Shown: positions 47,873 to 58,802 of the stretch, piece after piece
Layout: each line of letters opens with the position of its first letter
Numbering within the stretch: position 1 is the first letter of the stretch
Origin: Thermodesulfobacteriota bacterium
GTDB taxonomy: Bacteria > Desulfobacterota > Binatia > Bin18
Length of the DNA stretch: 64,000 bases
Reading direction: 5' to 3'
Assembly (NCBI GenBank): GCA_964291405.2
Contig: OZ219926.1
Span: 3,136,001-3,200,000, forward strand
Position numbers and translations under genes: made by a program
The notes under the pieces: model-generated
What the model saw: only the letters and a program-made list of their open reading frames with translations
The model's database searches: none
What the model was told of the DNA's origin: nothing

Positions 47873-47900
47873 GTAGGGGCAATTCATGAATTGCCCCTAC
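47873..47900. repeat. GTAG-type REP palindrome
   Basis: Perfect 28-bp palindrome GTAGGGGCAATTCATGAATTGCCCCTAC. Confidence 0.75.
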
Positions 47901-47955
47901 GGAGACTCTCCGCCGGGCGAGGCGAGAAGACGTGAAACCGAGGGGTGCATGTGGC

Positions 47956-48603
47956 CTAGGAACGGACCTCTTCTTCTGCTTCTTTGCGGGCGCGTCTCCC
48001 CAAATAGCCCCCGTGGTGGAACTTGGCGTAATCGGCTTTGGTAAAGCGTTTACGGGTCATGAGGACGAGGGTCAAGGCATCGCCTAAGGCCAGGATGGCC
48101 GTGGTGCTGGCCGAGGGGGTCAGGCCGATCGGGCAGGGTTCTTTAATGGCCCCGACGCTGAGAACGAGATCACTTTTCCGGGCAATGGGCGAGCGCGGAT
48201 GGCCGGTCACGGCGAGGAGCGGGATGTCGTACAACTGTTTGGCCCGGTGGATGGTTTCCAGGACCTCACGCGTTCGGCCGCTATTGGAAAACGTCATGAG
48301 GACATCGTCTTTGCCGACCAGCCCCAGGTCGCCGTGAGCCGCTTCGCCGGGGTGTAGAAAACAGGCCGGTGTGCCGGTTGAGGAAAGCGTGGTCGCAATC
48401 TTCATGGCCATAATCCCGACTTTCCCCATGCCGGTGAGAATCACTTTGCCTCGACAGTGCTCCAGCATATCCACCGCACGAAGAAAATCGTTGTTGAGAC
48501 GAATAGAACGGATCGCCTCGGCTTCTGCTTCGAGAATGGCTCGGGCGTGAGTCAGCTCATCCGGGTGTTTGGTGTGGGCTTTGTGGTCTTTTGACATGGA
48601 CAT
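47956..48603 (-). CDS. KdsD/GutQ-like sugar-phosphate isomerase, SIS domain only
   Basis: Motifs TGMGK, STGTP..LHPGEAAHGDLG, SNSG and FHHGG.LG. No CBS domains. Confidence 0.88.
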   Translation of the reverse strand: MSMSKDHKAHTKHPDELTHARAILEAEAEAIRSIRLNNDFLRAVDMLEHCRGKVILTGMGKVGIMAMKIATTLSSTGTPACFLHPGEAAHGDLGLVGKDDVLMTFSNSGRTREVLETIHRAKQLYDIPLLAVTGHPRSPIARKSDLVLSVGAIKEPCPIGLTPSASTTAILALGDALTLVLMTRKRFTKADYAKFHHGGYLGRRARKEAEEEVRS

Positions 48604-48740
48604 TCCTTCGGCTAGGTCTGGCTGTCCGCTTTTAGCAGTTTACGAGTGGAGCGAAAGTACCCTGATATTCTACGAGGAAGCCAGCCTACCACAAAGCCGC
48701 GTCTCGTCAGTCGCGCTCGCGCGGCATCACCCGACCACGC

Positions 48741-50891
48741 TCAGCGTTGCCAGCGCGCTCGGCGGCCGCGGGACAGGGCTTTGTTTGCGCTGCGCGCAGC
48801 GGCCCTTTTCGGGCGACCCCGTGCGACCGGTTTCTTGGTTGGTGATATCGGCGTTTCTGAGGCCGTGGGTGCAGCAGCGGCTGCTTCACCGGGTAAACCC
48901 AGGGCACGCCGTTCCAAATCCTGCACGCGGTCACGGAGCTCTGCGGCCTGTTCAAAGTCCAGGGCCGCGGCCGCGGCCTTCATTTCCTTGCGGGTCTGTT
49001 CGATCAGTTTGGGCAGGTCTTGAGCAGCAATATATTCTTTGCTGTCCTCAGAAACGATGGGGACCGTCATATGATCGGCTTCATAGACCTTCACCAGGGG
49101 CGAAGACAGGGCCTTGCGAATACTCTCGGGGGTGATGCCGTGCCGCTTATTATACCTGGACTGGATGCGCCGCCGCCGCAGGGTTTCATCAATGGCCCGC
49201 TGCATCGAATCGGTAATTTTATCGGCGTAGAGGAGGACGGTCCCATGCACATTCCGGGCGGCCCGGCCAATGGTCTGGATCAGGGAACGCTCAGAGCGCA
49301 AATAGCCCTCTTTGTCTGCATCCAAAATGGCCACCAGAGAGACCTCGGGAATATCGAGCCCCTCACGGAGGAGGTTGATGCCAATCAGGACATCGAAGCG
49401 GCCCTGGCGCAGCGCGCGGATAATTTCTACCCGCTCAATCGTGTCGATATCCGAGTGGAGATAGCGAACCCGAACGCCTATTTCCTGATAGTAATCGGTC
49501 AGATCCTCAGCCAGCCGTTTGGTCAGGGTGGTGGTCAGCACCCGCTCGCCTTTTTCACTCCGCAGCCGGATTTCTTCCAGCAGATCGTCGACCTGTTCCC
49601 CGGCCGGTCGGACCGCAATTTCGGGGTCTAACAGGCCGGTGGGACGAATGAGCTGTTCAACCACGCGGCCGTTACTCTGTTCGCGTTCATAGTCACCCGG
49701 TGTCGCCGAGACGTAGACTGTCTGGCCGGCGCGCCGCTCGAATTCATGAAAGCTGAGGGGTCGGTTATCCAGGGCAGAGGGTAGCCGAAAGCCATACTCC
49801 ACCAGGGTGGTTTTGCGCGAGCGGTCGCCACGGTACATGCCGCCAATCTGGGGGACGGTGACATGGCTCTCGTCAATAAAGACGAGGTAGTCGTCGGGAA
49901 AATAGTTGAGCAGTGTATGGGGCGGTTCTCCCGGCTGCCGGCCATCCAGATGGCGCGAGTAATTCTCAATGCCCGGACAAAAGCCCATTTCGCGCAAGAG
50001 CGCGAGATCGTACAGGGTGCGCTGCTCCAGGCGTTGGCTCTCAAGGAGTTTGTCTTCCTGTTGCAGTTCTTTGAGCCGCTCTGCCAGTTCCTCTTGGATT
50101 GCCTGCGTGGCGCGTTTCAGCCGGCCGGAGGTGGTGACATAGTGACTGGCCGGATAAATGGCGATTTTATCCAGCCGACGCAGCACCTTGCCCCTGAGCG
50201 GATCGATCTCGGCAATTGTCTCAACCGTATCGCCAAAGAATTCAATCCGTACCGCCCGGCTCTCCTCATAGGCGGGAAAGACCTCGACCACATCGCCTCG
50301 GACCCGAAACGTGCCGCGATGAAAATCAAAGTCGTTACGCTGGTACTGAATATCGACCAGCTTGCGGAGTAGCGCGTCCCGGTCCACCTCGCTGCCTTCT
50401 TCGACAAAGAGGATGAGATCAAAATAGGATTCGGGCGATCCGAGCCCATAGATGCACGAAACACTGGCGACGATAATGGTATCGCGCCGCTCTAACAGCG
50501 CCTTGGTGGCGGAGTGGCGCATCTTATCGATTTCTTCGTTAATCGAGGCGTCCTTCTCCACATAGGTATCGCTCTGGGGGACGTAGGCTTCGGGCTGATA
50601 GTAATCGTAATAACTGACGAAGTAGCGGACCGCGTTGTCCGGGAAGAGTTCCTTGAATTCATTATAGAGCTGGGCCGCCAGCGTTTTATTGGGCGCCATC
50701 ACCAGCGCCGGCCGGTTCAGCCGGGCAATGACATGCGCCATGGAAAAGGTTTTGCCCGAACCGGTCACACCCAGCAGCACCTGATGTGGTAGTCCGTCTT
50801 GCAAGCCTTGGGTGAGTTGATCGATCGCCTGGGGCTGGTCGCCCTGGGGCTGAAAGTCTGAGACGAGTTTGAAGGCGGCGTGGGTTGGCAT
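48741..50891 (-). CDS. uvrB: Excinuclease ABC subunit B
   Basis: Motifs [34 protein letters not shown] and QTIGRAAR, with a C-terminal UVR domain. Confidence 0.98.
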   Translation of the reverse strand: MPTHAAFKLVSDFQPQGDQPQAIDQLTQGLQDGLPHQVLLGVTGSGKTFSMAHVIARLNRPALVMAPNKTLAAQLYNEFKELFPDNAVRYFVSYYDYYQPEAYVPQSDTYVEKDASINEEIDKMRHSATKALLERRDTIIVASVSCIYGLGSPESYFDLILFVEEGSEVDRDALLRKLVDIQYQRNDFDFHRGTFRVRGDVVEVFPAYEESRAVRIEFFGDTVETIAEIDPLRGKVLRRLDKIAIYPASHYVTTSGRLKRATQAIQEELAERLKELQQEDKLLESQRLEQRTLYDLALLREMGFCPGIENYSRHLDGRQPGEPPHTLLNYFPDDYLVFIDESHVTVPQIGGMYRGDRSRKTTLVEYGFRLPSALDNRPLSFHEFERRAGQTVYVSATPGDYEREQSNGRVVEQLIRPTGLLDPEIAVRPAGEQVDDLLEEIRLRSEKGERVLTTTLTKRLAEDLTDYYQEIGVRVRYLHSDIDTIERVEIIRALRQGRFDVLIGINLLREGLDIPEVSLVAILDADKEGYLRSERSLIQTIGRAARNVHGTVLLYADKITDSMQRAIDETLRRRRIQSRYNKRHGITPESIRKALSSPLVKVYEADHMTVPIVSEDSKEYIAAQDLPKLIEQTRKEMKAAAAALDFEQAAELRDRVQDLERRALGLPGEAAAAAPTASETPISPTKKPVARGRPKRAAARSANKALSRGRRARWQR

Positions 50892-51018
50892 GCCAGCGCA
50901 TCATAGCAAGGAAGTGGGAGAGGGTCAGCCCTGGAAGCGAACGAACAGGTGCTCCCGTTGCAATCAGTGCAGGGTTATGGCTCACTACACGTATCCTAGC
51001 GCAGTGAAGGAGGACGGT

Positions 51019-51432
51019 ATGATCCAGCAGTGGTGGAGCATCACACGAACAACGCTGAGCCTGCTCGCACTCGGAGCGGTGACGGTCACGCCTGCGGCCT
51101 GGGCCGACCAGCATGCTGAAGGAGAGGCGGCCGCGGTGCGGAAATTTACGGTTGTCAATGTGTTATACGAGGGCGACAAGATGTTTGTTCCCTCCGTGCT
51201 GATCGCCGAGCAGGGCGACACGGTCCGGATCAAGGTGGTGAATAAAATCCCCGGCGAGCCGCCCAACCACGGCTTTGCCATTCCGGCCTTTGACATCGAA
51301 GAGGTAGTCAACAGCGGCGAGACCAAGACGGTCGAGTTCGTGGCCGACAAGGCCGGTCTGTTTGACGTGAAGTGCCAGCTCCACCCCGCCCACCTCTCTG
51401 CCCAACTGATTGTGCATGAGGGGGGGAAGTAG
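51019..51432 (+). CDS. Secreted cupredoxin-domain protein
   Basis: SD AAGGAGG, signal peptide ending AWA, HGFAI..CQLHPAH. Confidence 0.85.
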   Translation: MIQQWWSITRTTLSLLALGAVTVTPAAWADQHAEGEAAAVRKFTVVNVLYEGDKMFVPSVLIAEQGDTVRIKVVNKIPGEPPNHGFAIPAFDIEEVVNSGETKTVEFVADKAGLFDVKCQLHPAHLSAQLIVHEGGK

Positions 51433-51502
51433 AGAAGAGCGCGGCGTTTTCCCGCTGCTCCAGGGGCAGTTCTGCGGGCTGTTACCCCGGAGCAGCTCTG
51501 TT

Positions 51503-52246
51503 CTACGAATCCCCGCCCACCAGGGGGACAAAGCGGACCAGCCCCAGGTTTTCCTCGACAATCCGGCCGTTCCGTTTGTGGAGTCTCAGCAGGTGTTGTT
51601 CCTCGCCCCGGGCGACGGGTAGCACCAGCCGGCCACCCTCGGCGAGTTGTTCAATAAGCGCCGGCGGGATACGCGGAGCCGCGGCGGTGACGATAATCGC
51701 GTCATATGGGCTGTCTTTTTCCCAGCCAAGGTTCCCGTCGCCGAGCAGAACCGTCACATTGTCATAGCCGAGCTGGGCGAGCAGCTCACGCGCGGAGGAC
51801 ATCAACTCGGGCACAATTTCAATGGAATACACCTGTTTTGCCAGGAGGCTCAAAACCGCGGCCTGATAGCCGGAGCCCGTGCCGATTTCCAACACGCGCT
51901 CATCGCCGCCAAGTTCCAAACGCTCGCTCATGAGCGCCACGATGTACGGCTGGGAGATGGTCTGCCCCTGACCGATGGGGAGCGGGCCATCGTCGTACGC
52001 GTGGTCCCGGTAGGCGGGCGGGATAAACAGATGACGCGGGACCGTGGTGAGCGCGTGTAAGACGCGCTCATCCTGGATGCCCCGATTCCGTATCTGCTCT
52101 GTTACCATACGGTTCCGAGCGGCCTTGAAAGACGTGCCCTCGTAGCCGCTGTCAGTATTGGTCGTGCAGCCCGTGCTTGTCGGCAGACTACACCCCAGCC
52201 ACCATAAAATAGGTATGAGCCTGATAACAGCGTTGCGTGTTTTAAT
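51503..52246 (-). CDS. pcm: Protein-L-isoaspartate O-methyltransferase, probably with an N-terminal signal peptide from an ATT start (alternative ATG at 52108)
   Basis: Motifs GQTISQPY, LEIGTGSGY, YDAIIVTAA and RFVPL. The frame is open upstream to ATT at 52246, with SD AAGGAG 8 nt away. Confidence 0.9.
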   Translation of the reverse strand: MKTRNAVIRLIPILWWLGCSLPTSTGCTTNTDSGYEGTSFKAARNRMVTEQIRNRGIQDERVLHALTTVPRHLFIPPAYRDHAYDDGPLPIGQGQTISQPYIVALMSERLELGGDERVLEIGTGSGYQAAVLSLLAKQVYSIEIVPELMSSARELLAQLGYDNVTVLLGDGNLGWEKDSPYDAIIVTAAAPRIPPALIEQLAEGGRLVLPVARGEEQHLLRLHKRNGRIVEENLGLVRFVPLVGGDS

Positions 52247-52281
52247 TTCTCGTTCTCCTTCTTCCGTCCATGATGACAGGC

Positions 52282-54542
52282 TCAGCCCTGATTACGCCAG
52301 GCAAAGGCGCCGGCCAACAGCGTCGCGCTGAGCGCTGGCCCCCAACCGGCTAGGGTGGGCGACAGAGTCCCGCCATAGCCGAGTGAGGCACACACCCCGG
52401 TCAACAGGACATAGCCGACGCCAAGGACGCTACTCACCAATAAGGTTACGGCCGGGCCCGGAAACGGCGGACCGTGCAGAGCAAAGAACAAGACGATAGC
52501 CGGGAGCAGCATGCAGGCCAGGGGCGCGGCGTATTTGACGTTGAGGTCAACGCGATAGGTGGTGACGTCATAGCCGGCCATTTCGGTCCCGGTGATTTCC
52601 TGGGCCAACTGCCAGACGCTCAGATGCATGGTGTCAAGCTGGATATCCGGGGCCTCCCCTAATCGGATAAGCGGCTCGGCCGGCTCTCGCTCGAGGCCGT
52701 TTTCCGAGATGCGAATCCGGACCGGATCATCCAGCTCCCACATTCCATCGCCGATGTGCCTGGCCCGGCGTGCGTCGGTCCGGCTGAGGGGTAAGCCCTG
52801 GTCTCCAAGTTCGTAGATCGACAGGTCGGTGGCTTCGTCCAGGGCCGGGTCGAGCCGGGTTGCCTGGGACACATGGCTACCGGCCCGGTACCAGACTATT
52901 TTCTGTAACACGCCGGTGGGGAGGGCGCGATCCTTGACTTCCGTCTCTTTGAGGCGGTCGGCCAGGGCGTTTGAGCGTGGCACGACGGATTCATTCAAGA
53001 CAAAGGAGAGGGGCGTGACGAGGCCGGCAACGAGGAGGATACAGGACAGTGTGCGGGTGGCTGAAATCCCGCACGCGCGCATGCCAATCAGTTCCCGGTG
53101 GAAGGACAGGAGACTGACGGTCAGGGCGGTGGCCAGCAGGAGGGCCATGGGAACGATCCGTGAGGCCAGCAGGGGGGTGCGGGCGCTGTAGAAGCGGAGG
53201 GCTTCGGCTGGCGTGGCATTGTGGCGGGCAAACCATTCGAGGCGTTCAAGAATATCAACCAGGAGATATCCCACGAGCAAAAAGCCGAAAGCCAAGCCCA
53301 GCATGAGAAGGTAGTGTTGCAGTACGTAGCGTGGCAGGAGGACCTGTCGCGTTTGGAGAGCCATTGGAGACGCTGCCTGGGCGGGATCCTGGACCGGCTG
53401 TCCATCGGGAGTGCGCCGTCTCACCCAGGGCCGGTCTTGTAGCCCGAGGAGGAGAGCGGCGAGCATACCAACAAGAATATTGGGCAGCCAGACTCCCAGC
53501 CCGACCGTCACCGCACCCGCCTGGACAAGTCCGTCGCCGAGTTGCGTCAAACCGTAATACACCACGCTAAGAACCAGTCCGAGGACGCCACCCGACGCGC
53601 GTGAGAAGCGTGGTCCCAGACAGGCGAGGGGCAGAGCTAACAGGCTGAAGACGAGACCGGCCGCGGGGGCTGCAAAACGACGATGCAGTTCGGTGCGAGC
53701 GCGGCGCGCTTCCGGACTCTCTCCTACGGTTTGGTCAATGAGAGCCTGCAACGAGAGCCGGGTGAGCGGCTGGACGGGCCAGGCCTCGGTGCTCTGTGGT
53801 TCCCGGATCACGGTCTCAAAGATCTGGAAGCGGGTCTCCCCGCCGCCTTCCTGGGGAGAGAGAAGAATAACGCCATCGTATAAAGCCAGCCGAGCAGTCC
53901 CATGCGCCAGGGGCTGTATACTCCCGCGTTCGGCAAAAAGCGTCTGCCCGGCAAAATAGTCCTGCCCCGTATCAGACACCCACAACAGCACGCCGCGCAG
54001 GGTATCGCCACGCGCTGAAATTTCTCGGGCGACCATACGGGTATCACCGAACTCATGCACGCTGCCGGGACGAAGCGCCACGCGGGGTTTTGCCGGATCA
54101 TACTGCGTAACGCGTCGTCCAGTGAGCGGAGGGCGGCCGGTGCGGTAAACAGAGAAAAGCCGAGCCCAAGGAGCGTCATGGCCGTGGCAAAGCCCAGAAT
54201 CGGCAGAACCAAATGCCGACGGGCCAGACCGGCAGCCTCAATGGCAAGCAACTCCCGGTCAGCCCGGAGACGGCCCAGCCCGACCAGGGTGCCCACGAGC
54301 ACGGCGAAGGGCAGGGTGCGAGAGAGGAGGGGGATCAACTCATAAAAGGCGATCCAACCTACCGCAGCAGGGCCCAGACCCCGATTGATCACCAGGTCAG
54401 AGAAGCCGAGCAGGTCTTTTGTCAATACCAGTGCGGTCAGCCCGAATAACGCCCACAGGGTTGGCGCAAACAATTCGGCGACAATATAAAAGCCGAGCGG
54501 TTGGCCGAGCTGTCGCGAAGAGCAAGAAGGGAGGACGCGCAT
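52282..54542 (-). CDS. Fused LptF-LptG permease, with a 1-nt frameshift near 54083
   Basis: Two YjgP/YjgQ halves (LGRLRADRELLAIEAAG..ELHRRFA..WLPNI and RELIGMRACGIS..KYAAPL). The frame break at NP-[G]-VALRPG is repaired by one base. Confidence 0.8.
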
Positions 54543-54645
54543 TGCTGGAAGTCCATCTTTGGTTGCCAATAGCCTTATCCTGCTTGATTCGTTGCTTGTT
54601 TTCTCTTATACCGGGCAGAATAATTCGGCTACTGTGTAATAATCC

Positions 54646-55425
54646 ATGAAGGCTATTATTCTGAGCGCGGGGCAGGGCAAGCGCCTTTTGCCCCTCACCG
54701 AAACAACCCCTAAATGCCTGTTACCGGTTGATGGCAGTCGGCCCGCTCTGGAAATCCAACTCCAGACGCTGGCCGCGTGCGGCATTCAACGCGCAACGGT
54801 CATGGTCGGCTTTGGGGCAGACAAGGTGGAACAGTTTCTCGCCCGCTGTCCGCTGCCGGAGATTGAAGTGACCAGCCGCTTTAATCCTTTTTTTGCGATC
54901 TCGAACAATCTGGCCACATGCTGGACTGCCATCCCGGAGATGACCGAGGATTTTGTTCTGCTGAACGGCGATACCTTATTTGAGCCCGCGGTGTTAGAGC
55001 GCCTCCTGCTCGCTCCGTTCGCGGCTGTCAGTCTGGCAATTGATTGCAAGCCCAGCTATGACGACGATGACATGAAGGTCTCGATTCGGCGTGAGCGCAC
55101 CTTGGCCGCGGTGGGGAAGAACCTGTCACCGGCCGTCGTGCATGGCGAATCCATCGGACTCATGACTTTTCGTGCCACTGGCGTGTACGCCTTCCGGGTT
55201 GCTTTGGAGAAAGCCATGCGCGATCCGACCGCGCTCCAGCGCTGGTATTTGTCAGTCATTGATTCCATGGCCAACTCATCAATGGTCGAAGTGGCCTCAA
55301 TCGAAGGTCTGTGGTGGGCCGAGACCGACACGCCGGAAGACCTGGCGGACGTGCGGGCCTATTTTTCCTCTCAACGGACCACGCTCGCCGCTTTTGAAAC
55401 AGCCGCGCCAGTTGGCGAGCCATAA
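54646..55425 (+). CDS. Phosphocholine/phosphoglycerate cytidylyltransferase-family NTP transferase
   Basis: Motifs ILSAGQGKRLLPLT..PKCL, LLNGDTLF, DDDDMKV, GESIGL and WAETDTPEDL. Confidence 0.85.
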   Translation: MKAIILSAGQGKRLLPLTETTPKCLLPVDGSRPALEIQLQTLAACGIQRATVMVGFGADKVEQFLARCPLPEIEVTSRFNPFFAISNNLATCWTAIPEMTEDFVLLNGDTLFEPAVLERLLLAPFAAVSLAIDCKPSYDDDDMKVSIRRERTLAAVGKNLSPAVVHGESIGLMTFRATGVYAFRVALEKAMRDPTALQRWYLSVIDSMANSSMVEVASIEGLWWAETDTPEDLADVRAYFSSQRTTLAAFETAAPVGEP

Positions 55426-55601
55426 GCATGGGCCGATCTGCCCGTGCCGAGCACCACCGGGGGTGCGTCCGGCTGAAACCAAGGATGATCGAGGGGCGCG
55501 TGTGCCTTGGTGTGCAGGTCTGGAGTGACAACAGGATTGTAGATAGTCGTGATACGCCCCCTGCGCTCAAGTCGGGGATGAAGAAAGCGAGATGGACCAT
55601 C

Positions 55602-56618
55602 TCACAAACTCGCGTGCACAGCCTGTCCCAAGCGTGCAACAATACCTTTCCGCAAAGGGGACTGAAAAAAAGCATTCCAGGCGTTTCGGCCCATACCGGC
55701 TCGGGCCGCCCAGCACGTTTGTAGCCATTTCTCACTTACTGCGCGGGCGAATGCCCGCTCGGAGTATCGCCGGACCCGTCGGTTGGCCGCTGTCAGTCCG
55801 AGCAACCACGCCTCGGCCCAATCAAGGTATGCGCGGTCTGGGACAAAGCGGAATTTTCGCATGCGCGACAGCATGAGGTGGGCGCGCAAATCTTCCTCCA
55901 CACAAGGCACACCTAAATTCGTAAGCTGATGTCGCACGATCTCGGCTTTTTTGGTGTTCCCGAGTTCCTGAGTACGGACGGTGATCTGGCCAGGATGGAC
56001 GCGGGCGTACGTCAAGACCTGCGGAAGATTGGCCATCTTGTGGCGCGCGGCAAGCCGCACGTGGAGGTCATAATCCTGACAGCGGGCAAAGCCGCTCCGG
56101 TATCCGTACTCCCGTAGCGTGGCGGTCCGGCCCATGATGGTGGTGTTAGTCAGGCTACAGCGGAACAAGAGTTGCGCGTGGATATCCGCTGAGTAGGTCG
56201 GCTGACGTTTGATCTTTCTCAGCACGCGCCCGTGCTCGTCCATGTCTTGCTTCCAGCCGCCGACTTGGACGTAGTCCGGGTGGCGGTCGAGAAAGGCCGC
56301 CTGTTTCTGGAGCCGCCCCGGGCGTGCCGCGTCGTCACTGTCGAGCAAGGCGATGTATTCGCCGCGCGCCAGTTCGAGCCCGCGGTTACGCGTACGAGGA
56401 ATCCCGAGGTTGCGCCCGTTACAGACGACGCGAACGCGAGGGTCGTCATAAGAGCGGAGCACTTCGACACTGCGGTCAGTCGAACCGTCGTCGATCAGCA
56501 GGAGCTCAAAATCCCGAAAGCTCTGTACCAGTACGCTGTCAATGGCCGCACCGACGTAGGCTTCCCGGTTATAGATCGGAATAAAGACGGTGACTTTGGG
56601 TGGATCGTGTGACGTCAT
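55602..56618 (-). CDS. Glycosyltransferase family 2
   Basis: Motifs IPIYN, IDDGSTD, RNRGL..GEYIALLDSDD and QDY. Confidence 0.92.
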   Translation of the reverse strand: MTSHDPPKVTVFIPIYNREAYVGAAIDSVLVQSFRDFELLLIDDGSTDRSVEVLRSYDDPRVRVVCNGRNLGIPRTRNRGLELARGEYIALLDSDDAARPGRLQKQAAFLDRHPDYVQVGGWKQDMDEHGRVLRKIKRQPTYSADIHAQLLFRCSLTNTTIMGRTATLREYGYRSGFARCQDYDLHVRLAARHKMANLPQVLTYARVHPGQITVRTQELGNTKKAEIVRHQLTNLGVPCVEEDLRAHLMLSRMRKFRFVPDRAYLDWAEAWLLGLTAANRRVRRYSERAFARAVSEKWLQTCWAARAGMGRNAWNAFFQSPLRKGIVARLGQAVHASL

Positions 56619-56708
56619 AGCCGTGTGGAGGACTGACTTGCTTTGTGTCTCCCGTCTTGGATATACAACACGCGTCTTCTCAGGAATACTAAGCGCGGGG
56701 CGTCTCTC

Positions 56709-57509
56709 GTGCAACAGCAGATTGTCTACTGGCTGAGCCGTATGCTAACGCGTTTCCTCAACCTCCGTGGCCTCCGTTTGCGCAAGGCGAAAAGCCTGCA
56801 TTTTGTAACCATGAACGGACAACGCTTCAAGCGGCTACAGTTTGCCGACTCAGCTATTACTAGAGATATAGAACGCAATCTTGAAGCCTTCCGGGCTGAT
56901 GACATCTTCCCGCGATTAGTCACCCGCTACGAACACGAGATTTGGGTTGACTTTGTTGAGGGGGAGCGGCCCAGGCAGGTGACAGAGCAGGTCGTGCGTC
57001 AGGTCGCCGCATTCTATACGACCATTTACACCAAACATCCAACGCTGACCGACACCACCCAGACGGCCTTTCCTACCCGTCTTGCCCAAGACCTGCGTTT
57101 TTTACATCAGGTGGGTGTCCTGTCCGACCCCCTGTACGCACAGCTTCAGCGCGTCGTTGAGCAACTCGCGCCACCCCGGGTCTGGACAGGATTTGACTAC
57201 ACCGACCCGGTGCTCAAGAATTTTATTCTCAGCCACAAGAACGGAGGGCTCTACGCTATTGACGTTGAAGGGCTTGCTGACAACCAGTTGATCGGAATGG
57301 GCACGATCAAGGCGAGTCTGCGCTGGCTTGGGGAGTTCCGTCCACTTTTTTACACACACCTTGCCGAACTCGGTGCTCCTGACTTTCAGCCCTATTTGCC
57401 GTTTGTGGAGCTGTGTTTTCTGGCCAAATGGACTAAGCGGAATTTCTTTGAAGGAAAAAAGAAGAAGATCGATCCAGGGTTGTTTGAGCGGTTTTGCAAG
57501 AGATGTTGA
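56709..57509 (+). CDS. Kinase-like (APH/Kdo-kinase fold) hypothetical protein
   Basis: WVDFVEG, catalytic-loop-like YTDPVLKNF and AIDVE. Confidence 0.6.
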   Translation: MQQQIVYWLSRMLTRFLNLRGLRLRKAKSLHFVTMNGQRFKRLQFADSAITRDIERNLEAFRADDIFPRLVTRYEHEIWVDFVEGERPRQVTEQVVRQVAAFYTTIYTKHPTLTDTTQTAFPTRLAQDLRFLHQVGVLSDPLYAQLQRVVEQLAPPRVWTGFDYTDPVLKNFILSHKNGGLYAIDVEGLADNQLIGMGTIKASLRWLGEFRPLFYTHLAELGAPDFQPYLPFVELCFLAKWTKRNFFEGKKKKIDPGLFERFCKRC

Positions 57510-57580
57510 TCTTCTCGCTGGCTTCCCACTCCTGAACGATGACGGCATTGGGGGGACAAAGCGCCGCCGGGGGATATCCC

Positions 57581-58738
57581 TCACCCAACGTCAACGCCGT
57601 ACTCTTTCAGCAAGGTGCGACTGATCACGACATTTTGAATTTCCGTTGCGCCGTCCGTATAGTGGGTCATCTTGGCCATGGCCAGGTGCCGACCAAACGG
57701 GTAGTTGGTGCGTAAACCTTCTGCGCCCATGACCTGCATACACTGTGAGATGCCGCTAAAGGCCACGCGGCTGGCGAATTTCTTGGCATGGGCGGCCTCC
57801 ACAACGGCGCTCTCTCCCCGGTCCAGGGCCAGCGCGGCACGATAGGTCAGCAGACGGGCAGCCTCAAGCTCCGTTGCCACATCCGCGAGTTCCCATTGCA
57901 GACCCTGAAAGTTCAGAATCGACTTGCCAAAGGCGTGTCGCTTTGCTCCATACGCCAAAGCGGTCCTGAGGCTGGCCTGCAACATGCCGCAACAGCCCGC
58001 ACCAACAAACGTCCGCGCCATATTGATGCCCCGCATGGCGGCCTTGAATCCATCCCCTGGACCGAACAACAGATCGGCCTCGGAAACCGGACAGTTGGTC
58101 AGCCTGAGTCCCGTGACTCCCAGCGCCTGTCCGCCCAGCATGGTGTACTGGGGGGTGCGTTCAAGACCTGGAGTATCGCCAGCCAGCAGAAAGCTGGCAA
58201 TACCGCGCCATCCCAAGGCTGGGTCGGTTTGCGCATACACGCCGAACACATCCGCACTGACACCGTTTGTGACCCAGGCTTTCTCCCCGCTCAGCCGCCA
58301 GCCGTCGGACGATTGCTCGGCTCGTGTGGTAATCGCTGTGGCATCACTGCCGGCACCGGGCTCCGTCAGGCAAAACGCGCCGATTCTTTCCCCTGCCAAC
58401 ATCGGTGGAACGTAGCGTGCGATTTGCTCCGGGGTGCCATTACGCGCAATGGTGTTGAGCATGTTGTTGTGAACCCAGAGGCCAAAGGTAAAGGCAAAGC
58501 ACGCTCCGGCCAGTTCTTCCAGCATTTTGGCAGCCGCCAGGAAACTGGCGCCTTGTCCTCCGACTGATTTGGGTGCCAGTACGCCGGTCAGGCCCACGGC
58601 CGCCGCCTCCCGGAAAACAGCGTATGGTACTGTCCGGTTGAGGTCCCACTCTGCGGCAAAAGGCGCAATCTTTTCGACCGCAAACGTCCTCGCCGTTTCA
58701 ACCAATTGCGTTTCTCGGGCGCTTAGCTCACAATCCAT
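57581..58738 (-). CDS. Acyl-CoA dehydrogenase
   Basis: Motifs FCLTEPGAGSD, GEKAWVTNG, R.AFGK and DGATEIQ. Confidence 0.93.
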   Translation of the reverse strand: MDCELSARETQLVETARTFAVEKIAPFAAEWDLNRTVPYAVFREAAAVGLTGVLAPKSVGGQGASFLAAAKMLEELAGACFAFTFGLWVHNNMLNTIARNGTPEQIARYVPPMLAGERIGAFCLTEPGAGSDATAITTRAEQSSDGWRLSGEKAWVTNGVSADVFGVYAQTDPALGWRGIASFLLAGDTPGLERTPQYTMLGGQALGVTGLRLTNCPVSEADLLFGPGDGFKAAMRGINMARTFVGAGCCGMLQASLRTALAYGAKRHAFGKSILNFQGLQWELADVATELEAARLLTYRAALALDRGESAVVEAAHAKKFASRVAFSGISQCMQVMGAEGLRTNYPFGRHLAMAKMTHYTDGATEIQNVVISRTLLKEYGVDVG

Positions 58739-58802
58739 GCTGTCCTCGTATTTGCTCCAGTCGGCAGAACCTCTTAATGCTCTACACATGGGAGGAAAAC
58801 CG

